From: a virus
Taxonomy: Duplodnaviria > Heunggongvirae > Uroviricota > Caudoviricetes
IMG/VR virus record: IMGVR_UViG_3300010049_000009
Span: 64,001 to 128,000 of that record
Strand: one strand, 5' to 3'
Length of the DNA stretch: 64,000 bases
The translations under genes and the position numbers were made by a program. Shown in pieces: positions 56,924-64,000 of this stretch. The notes beneath the pieces were generated by a model, which did not search any database, was not told where the DNA came from, and was given only the letters and a program-made list of their open reading frames with translations. How positions within the stretch are numbered: position 1 is the stretch's first letter; every line of letters begins with the position of its first letter.

Positions 56924-57625
56924 TTATAAATAGGAAATTTTCCTTATCAAACTCTTTATGGTGTTATCTATTTTATAGTAATCCACTTTTTTAGTTAAAA
57001 AATCATTTTTGAGATAAAGATTTTTATTAACCTCAATCATTATGGAATCACAATTTGCAATTGTGTAACTTCCACTATATAAATGATTGACTCTAACATC
57101 AAAACCTAATCTAACCAAATGGGTGTATATAAAATCGGATATTCGTATCTCCCTTTCACTATTATTATGTCCTATTATAAAGTCGGGGAACTCCGTTGTA
57201 TTGAACGGGGTGCAGGAATAAACCTCATTTGAAAATGAATGACAATCTATGATTAACGGATTATCTATTTTATGGATAGCGGTTTTCACATTTAGTGTAT
57301 GTGGGTTGTAATAATTGAATAGTATTATGTTTTTATCTACTACGCGCCTAAATGGTTTTAAATTCACGCCCTTTGTGTAACAAACCCCCTGCCCATATTT
57401 TTCCTCCATTGGTTCGTTTTCTATAAAACGTTCCACGTCACAAAACACCCTTGAATAAGGAAATACTACCTTGGGTATATCATCAACAGAAAACAATTCG
57501 TCTGTGAATATATCTGTTAATTTTAAAAGAGTTTCGTCTAACTCCACTCCATTAAAATATTCCGACATAAATTCGTGTGGAATTTGTTTTGAGGAGTGTG
57601 GTATGTGTAATATTATGTTATTCAT
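56924..57625 (-). CDS. N-formylglutamate amidohydrolase
   Basis: ILHIPHSS, TDIFTDELF, SRVFCDVERF, IIDCHSF, IMIEVNK. Confidence 0.9.
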   Translation of the reverse strand: MNNIILHIPHSSKQIPHEFMSEYFNGVELDETLLKLTDIFTDELFSVDDIPKVVFPYSRVFCDVERFIENEPMEEKYGQGVCYTKGVNLKPFRRVVDKNIILFNYYNPHTLNVKTAIHKIDNPLIIDCHSFSNEVYSCTPFNTTEFPDFIIGHNNSEREIRISDFIYTHLVRLGFDVRVNHLYSGSYTIANCDSIMIEVNKNLYLKNDFLTKKVDYYKIDNTIKSLIRKISYL

Positions 57626-57630
57626 TTTTT

Positions 57631-58788
57631 TTATTCTTTAATGTTCAACTTTTCTTTAACTATGTCGGCAGTTATAACCAAATTTTTGTTATCTTGTTCT
57701 TCAAACATAAAATCGGTTAATATTTTCTCCATAGTTGTACGCAGGCTTCGTGCACCGGTTTTATTTCTTATGGAATAATCGGTGATAATATCAAACGCCT
57801 CTTCTTCAAACGAGAGGTTAATACCGTCTATTTCAAACAACCATTGGTATTGATTTACAATATTATTTTTGGGTTTAGTAAGAATATCCTTAATAGTATC
57901 CCTCGATAATGATTCGGTGGCGGTTATTATTGGTAATCTACCCAAAAGTTCTCTCAACATACCATAGGTTTGTAAATCTTCTGATGTTGTGTAATTGAAG
58001 ATTTTACTTTCATCAAATTCCGCACCATCAATGAGAGTTTGGTTATTATAACCAATTTTTTTCACATTCAGTCTACGTGCAATTGTTTTTTCCATGCCGT
58101 CAAATGCACCCATACAAATAAATAATACGTTTGACGTATCAAAATTTACGTGCCTGGCGGCTGGGTCGTTGTTACGACGTTCAGTGGGTATAAATTTCAT
58201 TGTTACACCTTCAATCATTTTCAATAACTCATATTGTACATCCAATCCCGAAACATCTCTTTTAATTGACTCGCTTTGGTTTTTATTTCGGATTTTATCT
58301 ATTTCGTCAATGATAATAATACCGTTTTGTGCTTTTTGCATATCGCCGCCGGCAGCAGTATATAATCCACCTAATAAACTATCTATGTCAGACCCAACAT
58401 AACCTGATGCTGTTAATGTTGAAGCATCGGCAATATAATAGGTTACATTCAAACATTGACAAATAGTTTTCAATAAATAAGTTTTACCTGAACCGGTTCC
58501 ACCTATTAAGAGAACATTGGATTTATCAATTGTTTTTCCGCTTTCCTTGTTTGCTGCATTATATGCAATACGCTTATAATGGTTGTAAACTGCGGTACAC
58601 AAAACCTTTTTGGTTTCTTCGTTACCAATTACATATTCATCCAATTTTGCTTTCAACGCACTTGGTTTCATGAGCGACAAGGTTGGTGTTTGCATTTGCG
58701 CAATTGATTTATACCAATCCAACGACTCATTATTTTGTTTTGCACCACCACTATTAGTAAATGCAGCTGGTTTTTGTATACCCATCAT
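57631..58788 (-). CDS. clpX: ClpX AAA+ unfoldase lacking the N-terminal zinc-binding domain
   Basis: LDEYVIG, AVYNHYKR, GGTGSGKT, GYVG, IIDEIDKI, RDVSG, IGY loop, GARSLR. Confidence 0.92.
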   Translation of the reverse strand: MMGIQKPAAFTNSGGAKQNNESLDWYKSIAQMQTPTLSLMKPSALKAKLDEYVIGNEETKKVLCTAVYNHYKRIAYNAANKESGKTIDKSNVLLIGGTGSGKTYLLKTICQCLNVTYYIADASTLTASGYVGSDIDSLLGGLYTAAGGDMQKAQNGIIIIDEIDKIRNKNQSESIKRDVSGLDVQYELLKMIEGVTMKFIPTERRNNDPAARHVNFDTSNVLFICMGAFDGMEKTIARRLNVKKIGYNNQTLIDGAEFDESKIFNYTTSEDLQTYGMLRELLGRLPIITATESLSRDTIKDILTKPKNNIVNQYQWLFEIDGINLSFEEEAFDIITDYSIRNKTGARSLRTTMEKILTDFMFEEQDNKNLVITADIVKEKLNIKE

Positions 58789-58816
58789 ATTTCTTTATTT
58801 TTTTAATTATACTTCT

Positions 58817-58844
58817 AATATAAATACAACATATTAATCCGATC
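58817..58844 (-). promoter_or_regulatory. Bipartite phage promoter motif
   Basis: GATCGGA-N15-TATATTAG. Confidence 0.8.
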
Positions 58845-58853
58845 TACATATCC

Positions 58854-59726
58854 TTATTCAGATAAAACGAACTCCTTTACTTGTGTATTATCAACCCTTT
58901 TCTGTGCTGTATCACAATACTTTTGGTCAATATCAATACCTAAATAATTTCTTCCGTTTTCCTTTGCCACTTTGGTAGTAGTACCACAACCGTTGAAAAT
59001 ATCCAAAACGGTATCACCTCTACCTGAAAACAACTTGATTGCCCTGTAAGCAAGCCCTTCGGGAAACATTGCGGGGTGTCCATATTCCTTCATTTTTGCT
59101 TCACCCGGCATTGACCACACACCGTTTTTAACCCATTCGCTAAATTCAAGTTTCTGCATATCATCTTGTTCTTTATGATTTGGAATATCATGTTTGATAT
59201 TTCCTTTCGCATAAACCTCAATGAACTCTTGGGTGTGTTTCATAAATGGACTACTCGAAGAACGATACGACCCCCAACAAGAATAAGCACAGTTTCTCTG
59301 ATTCTTTTCCCATATAATCTCATCACGCCATATCCACTTCTGTTGTATAAACCAATTTGTTATTATATGGTGTGTTGGAATGAAATCCGAATACAATGGC
59401 ATAACATTTATAATTATTCTACCACCATATTTTACAACCCTCGTTGTTTCAGATAATATTTCAAACAACTTATCGAAATAATCACTGTTGGTTGAATTAT
59501 CATCATATTCATTATACTCCTTACCAAAATTGTAAGGTGGGGAAGTTAAAACCAAATCAATGCAGTTGTCAGGAAGTTGTTTCAAAACTTCAACGCTATC
59601 ACCACACACTATTTTGTTTTTAAACTCTTCGGGTATATCAACATTTACCTTTGAAAAGGTATTCTCGTTTGCGTAATAATGCAACACCCGCTTTTTCTTC
59701 CGTTTAACAATTTCTTTTTTATTCAT
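58854..59726 (-). CDS. Beta-class DNA methyltransferase (SPPY, probably N4-cytosine)
   Basis: TSPPY precedes DIFNGCGTT; HPAMFP. Confidence 0.9.
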   Translation of the reverse strand: MNKKEIVKRKKKRVLHYYANENTFSKVNVDIPEEFKNKIVCGDSVEVLKQLPDNCIDLVLTSPPYNFGKEYNEYDDNSTNSDYFDKLFEILSETTRVVKYGGRIIINVMPLYSDFIPTHHIITNWFIQQKWIWRDEIIWEKNQRNCAYSCWGSYRSSSSPFMKHTQEFIEVYAKGNIKHDIPNHKEQDDMQKLEFSEWVKNGVWSMPGEAKMKEYGHPAMFPEGLAYRAIKLFSGRGDTVLDIFNGCGTTTKVAKENGRNYLGIDIDQKYCDTAQKRVDNTQVKEFVLSE

Positions 59727-59732
59727 AGTACG

Positions 59733-59760
59733 AATATAAAATTAAAATATTATTCCGATC
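59733..59760 (-). promoter_or_regulatory. Bipartite phage promoter motif
   Basis: GATCGGA-N15-TATATTCG. Confidence 0.8.
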
Positions 59761-60501
59761 TTATAGTATAATATTATTTTCAATACGGTTTTCCGCTATT
59801 TTAAAATATTTAGTATCCAATTCTATCCCAATGTAATTACGGTTTTCTTCTTTTGCTGCTAAACAAGTTGTACCTGATCCCATAAATGGGTCCAATACCA
59901 AATCACCTTCATTTGAATAACTTCGGATTAACCATTGTAACAGTGATACCGGTTTCAAAAATGGGTGTACTTGTCCCTGCTGTTGTCTAGACCACTTTTG
60001 GGGAAAATTAGATAGAATACTGCTTGGGTGTCTTGTACCTGTGTTGTTTGTTTCAACACTTTTAACACCGTAATTCAAATTGTTGTTCTTGGTCAATGTT
60101 AATTTTCTTGCATACGGTTCACCCTCTTCCATTTGCGGATTATATAATGAGGCGGAATCACCAAACACACAAATAAATTCGTGTTTTTTTAATGGCATAT
60201 ATTTGGCGGTTAATGGGGAACCCGGTTTGCTCTTTGCCCATATAAGTTCATATCTAAACTTTTTGGTGTTACTCATAATCAATTTATGAAAAAACATACC
60301 ACCCGCAAACACCAAAATATTCCTTTTGGGTTTTATAATTCGGTTAAACTCTTCCCACATTCTAAATAAATCAATCTCCGCATCAATATGTGTATTATGA
60401 ATTGAATATGGTGGGTCTGTTACTATTAAGTCTACGCTTTTATCAGGGATTTGACTTAATATACCAAAACAATCCCCATTGTATATTTGATTTACTACCA
60501 T
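59761..60501 (-). CDS. Beta-class DNA methyltransferase (DPPY, probably N6-adenine)
   Basis: TDPPY precedes DPFMGSGTT; HPFLKP. Confidence 0.9.
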   Translation of the reverse strand: MVVNQIYNGDCFGILSQIPDKSVDLIVTDPPYSIHNTHIDAEIDLFRMWEEFNRIIKPKRNILVFAGGMFFHKLIMSNTKKFRYELIWAKSKPGSPLTAKYMPLKKHEFICVFGDSASLYNPQMEEGEPYARKLTLTKNNNLNYGVKSVETNNTGTRHPSSILSNFPQKWSRQQQGQVHPFLKPVSLLQWLIRSYSNEGDLVLDPFMGSGTTCLAAKEENRNYIGIELDTKYFKIAENRIENNIIL

Positions 60502-60773
60502 TAATTTGCTGTCATTGGTTGTTGATTAACCCAATTTAAAAAATCCCTCGCCTTACCATCCTTTTGACTTTCTTCATACTTATTAACCCACGAACTTAAC
60601 CAAGTCCATGTATTAAATTTCATTGTGTTACAACCCTTTACATAACGATAATACTCATCTGCATCACTTATGATTTGATCTACTGTTTTATTAACATATT
60701 TACTGTTTTTCAAAAGAGTTTCAATGATAACCTGTCGAAGACTCTCGTTTCTTTGTATTTCTACTACATCCAT
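60501..60773 (-). CDS. Hypothetical protein
   Basis: 90 aa ORF. Confidence 0.65.
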   Translation of the reverse strand: MDVVEIQRNESLRQVIIETLLKNSKYVNKTVDQIISDADEYYRYVKGCNTMKFNTWTWLSSWVNKYEESQKDGKARDFLNWVNQQPMTAN

Positions 60774-60820
60774 AACTAAATTATTTTTATGTTTATACTA
60801 AAAATACAATTTTATTACGT

Positions 60821-60847
60821 AAAAAAAAACCCCACTTCACAGTGGGG
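60821..60847 (-). terminator. Rho-independent terminator
   Basis: CCCCACT-gtga-AGTGGGG followed by 9 T on the minus strand. Confidence 0.85.
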
Positions 60848-60867
60848 CAACTCTTCTATCAGATTAC

Positions 60868-60947
60868 TTTACCGACAACCCTATTTCTTCGTGTTCGCTC
60901 GCCACTACTTACGAAGCATTTCCACTAATAACCATAATAACGGTAAA
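60868..60947 (-). ncRNA. Candidate RNA containing a 23S rRNA helix-13 mimic
   Basis: AGTAGTGGCGAGCGAA inside CTTCGT/ACGAAG, enclosed by TTTACCG/CGGTAAA. Confidence 0.6.
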
Positions 60948-60971
60948 TACTTAAACAATGAAAAAAAGCAT

Positions 60972-62117
60972 TTACCCATTTTCTCTGATAGAAGTCAGCA
61001 ATTCGTTCATCTCCTCTCGCTTGCTATTAATATAGTGTTCAAACACAGTTTTTACCTGTTCTTTATGTTTTTCTTTTGTGAATTTATCATCAAATTGTGT
61101 CATATTATTCCTAAACTCAACCGGAACACTATCCTCAATGTAAGTCTGAATAACAGTTGAAATAGCATAGTGAACACTATTCAGATTTGAGCACCATAAC
61201 ACAGAATCTGTTAATCCACCACCTTCTTTCAACATCCAACCGCTCGGTTGTTCCGGTATAACACAAATTGGTATTGTTTTACATCTCATTGCTTCCAACG
61301 GAGTGTATCCGAAGTTTGTGAAGAAATCATACCATACAACTGCAACAGATTTTTCCAATTCTTCTGCAAAATGTTCGTGGGTTAATCCATGAAGTTGTTT
61401 AAACGATATAAATTTGAAAATCGGATATTTTAAGTAGAATAATTTAACTATTCTATTGACCGCCGTTCTGTCATTTGAAACTACCGCTATTTGTAAATCT
61501 TTTTCACGTGATACCTTTTCAAAAAACAACGGGGATATGAATGGTTCAATAACCGTTACTTTCAAGTACGGCATTGCTTCCAATATCAAGTTTTTCTGAA
61601 TTTCAGAGGTTGTAATTACATCCAAAATTCCGTGCGAACCAAATTCTACACCAACCGGCATTGTTTCAGTAACCATATTGAAGTTTTGGCAAAGAACAAT
61701 CCTTTTACAAGGCAATTTCTTGGTTTCGTGCATAAGAGAAGAAAATATTTCCGGTATAATCAGAATATCACTAATATTAATTTTAATATCATCCTTCTTG
61801 ACATTACGATGTGGTATATCGGTCATAAATTTCTGACCGAAAACTTCACCAACACCAACAAATTCGTCATCATCGTCTATTTGGTATAAAAATTCAACAT
61901 TATATCCTAACTCTAATAGGGTGTAACCCAAATTATACATATAATATTGTGAACCCGATGGGTTTTCCTTACTATCCATTACCCAAAAATAAACTTTGTT
62001 TTCATTTTGGTTAAACTTATCTATTTCGCCTACTATTTTGGCAATAATATCCTCTTTTTTTGGTTTCGGTTGAGGTACGTTATCAACTATACTAACTCCA
62101 AGTTTTTGACCTTTCAT
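60972..62117 (-). CDS. GT-B glycosyltransferase-like protein (GT4-like)
   Basis: PSGSQ.YMY.L...L..LGYNV, IIPE, NFGYTPLEAMRC. Confidence 0.7.
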   Translation of the reverse strand: MKGQKLGVSIVDNVPQPKPKKEDIIAKIVGEIDKFNQNENKVYFWVMDSKENPSGSQYYMYNLGYTLLELGYNVEFLYQIDDDDEFVGVGEVFGQKFMTDIPHRNVKKDDIKINISDILIIPEIFSSLMHETKKLPCKRIVLCQNFNMVTETMPVGVEFGSHGILDVITTSEIQKNLILEAMPYLKVTVIEPFISPLFFEKVSREKDLQIAVVSNDRTAVNRIVKLFYLKYPIFKFISFKQLHGLTHEHFAEELEKSVAVVWYDFFTNFGYTPLEAMRCKTIPICVIPEQPSGWMLKEGGGLTDSVLWCSNLNSVHYAISTVIQTYIEDSVPVEFRNNMTQFDDKFTKEKHKEQVKTVFEHYINSKREEMNELLTSIRENG

Positions 62118-62168
62118 ATTATTTTCAATTTTATTATAATATAAAATTAATATATTATTTTCAAACTA

Positions 62169-62525
62169 TTATTGATTATTTTCTTGTCTTTTTGTGTTTG
62201 CCTTACTAACTAAATCTTTTACATCGTCTATACTTTCTTTTGTTGAAGTATCATCGTTGTTCATTGCGGCATTTTCTTTTTCAATGCGTTGGTTGTGTAA
62301 TTGAATGTATAATCTTCTATCAGCAACCGGCATATCCATTATTTCATCTAATGAAAATTTTACAACACAGCGTAATCCATAAATTTCTTCCATCAAAAAT
62401 CTTTCATATTGTGGAGTCATTATACTAAATAATTTCTCCCCAAAACTACGTATTGGTACATTTAAAGGATATATTTCACGATTTGTTCTATATTCCGCAA
62501 ATTTATTATTAGTTGATCCTAACAT
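62169..62525 (-). CDS. Baseplate hub assembly protein (T4 gp51-like)
   Basis: FSLDEIMDMPVADRRLYI motif; context next to spike and hub genes. Confidence 0.6.
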   Translation of the reverse strand: MLGSTNNKFAEYRTNREIYPLNVPIRSFGEKLFSIMTPQYERFLMEEIYGLRCVVKFSLDEIMDMPVADRRLYIQLHNQRIEKENAAMNNDDTSTKESIDDVKDLVSKANTKRQENNQ

Positions 62526-63435
62526 TGTTACTTACCATTTGATTAAAGTCAACATCTGTAAATTCTTTTGGAAATTGTGATAGTACGGGGTCAGGTATGA
62601 GTTGGGCGTTGCCTTGTACATGAACGTGTGTTTCAAACGCACGTTTAAACGCTGACAGAAATTCAATCAAAACATCACCAAACGGAAGTCTGTGACACGT
62701 TTCTAATAACTTTTGCATAGCCTCATCGTTTATTAGTTCTTCCGTATCATATAATTCAATCGGTTTTTTTTGATTTGATAAATCTTTGGAACTTGATATT
62801 AGACATATTTCATCTGCCACTATTGTTGTAACAGTTTTATATGACATTTTTTTGGTTGTTTTGTTTTGAAATGGGTTATTGGTATTGGTATAGTTTCGCG
62901 TAGATTCATAATTTTTCTGTTTAACATACGCTGGTCGCTCGAACACCAAAGCGTCACCTTCTTTTCTATGAACACCACTTCTAATCCAAACCTCATTATC
63001 TTTTAATAAAATATCTTCATTGTGTCTTCCTAACAAACCAACATTATCACCAAACTCCTCTTCCCTATTTCCCATTTCGGGATAAACACCTTCGGACCCG
63101 GTAAAGAAAGAGGGGTTTGTTCCTGGTTTGAAAAATCCATCTAATGAAAAACTCTTTGCAGAACGCGAATCTTGAAAATTAAGTTTATCTAATTGTGTAA
63201 TGATTGGACCAATATACCAACGCAAATGATTTCCATACAATTCTTCTTGGTTGTTGGCGAACACTAATACAAGTTCACCTTTTTTTGGTTGGATATGTAG
63301 TGCTTTTGGTAATATTGACATACACCATGGTAGTTCAGAAGCGGATTTGTTTTTATCTTCAACTAACTGAACCTGTATTAAACCGCCGCCGTACTTGTCA
63401 ACATTATTATATACTGTTCCTAATCTATAAATCAT
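62509..63435 (-). CDS. Baseplate central spike (gp5/gpV-like OB-fold) protein
   Basis: N-terminal D..G.GLIQV...LPWC...IQPKKGELVLVF OB-fold; C-terminal HVH tip motif. Confidence 0.7.
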   Translation of the reverse strand: MIYRLGTVYNNVDKYGGGLIQVQLVEDKNKSASELPWCMSILPKALHIQPKKGELVLVFANNQEELYGNHLRWYIGPIITQLDKLNFQDSRSAKSFSLDGFFKPGTNPSFFTGSEGVYPEMGNREEEFGDNVGLLGRHNEDILLKDNEVWIRSGVHRKEGDALVFERPAYVKQKNYESTRNYTNTNNPFQNKTTKKMSYKTVTTIVADEICLISSSKDLSNQKKPIELYDTEELINDEAMQKLLETCHRLPFGDVLIEFLSAFKRAFETHVHVQGNAQLIPDPVLSQFPKEFTDVDFNQMVSNNVRIN

Positions 63436-63695
63436 AATTTATCCTCTAAATTGTCAATTTCGTTATCTACAAAATCTTCACCTAACCACTCCTTTTTGTG
63501 CATGGTATATTTATGTGTTCTTTCTACCCATTCACCTACTCCAATATCTTTACACCATTTTAATTTATAGTTAATATCAAACATACATAAAAATTCCGCT
63601 TCCGAATATTCTAGATCGGGATTATACATTTGCCACGTTTCAGTGAAATCAGCAATCGTTTTTTCTATTTTTTTTCTAAATTCTTCTACTCTCAT
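63432..63695 (-). CDS. Hypothetical protein
   Basis: 87 aa ORF, ATGA overlap. Confidence 0.65.
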   Translation of the reverse strand: MRVEEFRKKIEKTIADFTETWQMYNPDLEYSEAEFLCMFDINYKLKWCKDIGVGEWVERTHKYTMHKKEWLGEDFVDNEIDNLEDKL

Positions 63696-63718
63696 TGTTA
63701 TATATATTTAATGTGTTA

Positions 63719-64000
63719 TTATTCATCATCATCGGTTGCTGTCATTAAAAACGCCTCATCAACACCCACATTAACTTTAATTGTTTCTCCGGCGTGTTCT
63801 TGACTGTCAGGTATTATTACATCAATAATTGTATTTAATCCGAAAACATGTTCTTCATAATATTTTCTGAACTTTCTTGCAGCACCTGCTCTCATATTAG
63901 CAATGTGTTCATAAACAAGTTGTCTGTTGGTTTCGCCATTAAATGTTTTAATAATACGTGTCATATTAGCAAGCAAAATATTATCCAAAATATTATCACC
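63719..64000 (-). CDS. Baseplate hub protein (T4 gp26-like), 5'-partial
   Basis: Frame open to the window edge; YEHIANM...ARKFRKY...GLN C-terminal pattern and gene context. Confidence 0.5.
   Translation of the reverse strand, partial: GDNILDNILLANMTRIIKTFNGETNRQLVYEHIANMRAGAARKFRKYYEEHVFGLNTIIDVIIPDSQEHAGETIKVNVGVDEAFLMTATDDDE

Noticed and set aside
60868-60947. Contaminating or pseudogenised rRNA gene
   Set aside because: Only the 16-19-nt loop matches 23S; the flanks are non-rRNA but pair compensatorily, and they are embedded in phage gene context.
60789-61160. Plus-strand ORF across the H13-mimic region
   Set aside because: Antisense to the glycosyltransferase and to a minus-strand terminator; no start context or recognisable motifs.

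Overview
AT-rich (roughly 30% GC by eye), gene-dense segment of a large tailed phage, probably a jumbo myovirus. Baseplate hub, spike and assembly genes lie at the right edge and a 2895-aa putative virion protein lies in the middle. The host is probably in Bacteroidota (WG-repeat proteins, lipoproteins, a Cache-HAMP-GAF sensor of Bacteroidota type, TAnnTTTG-like promoter elements). Almost all genes are on the minus strand and the standard code fits. The window contains an RNA cluster (9 tRNAs including two non-canonical 8/4 tRNA-Ser, a tmRNA, a 6S-like RNA and an unexplained structured element), a 5'-3' exonuclease, three DNA methyltransferases, two tandem HNH homing endonucleases, ClpX, pyrE, a formylglutamate amidohydrolase, a GT-B glycosyltransferase and many small hypothetical genes. 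The strongest unexplained signals are: (1) a terminator-linked RNA element that reproduces the conserved 23S rRNA helix-13 loop; (2) a phage-borne 6S-like RNA; (3) a bipartite promoter GATCGGA-N15-TATATT found 10 times; (4) a coupled J-domain/kinase + vWA + divergent adenylosuccinate-synthetase triad; (5) leader-bearing, probably head-packaged effectors (ART polyprotein, two SAM-lyase-like proteins, GNAT-like protein); (6) a five-member FETNSSS protein family. All family assignments come from motif recognition by eye; no database searches were run.
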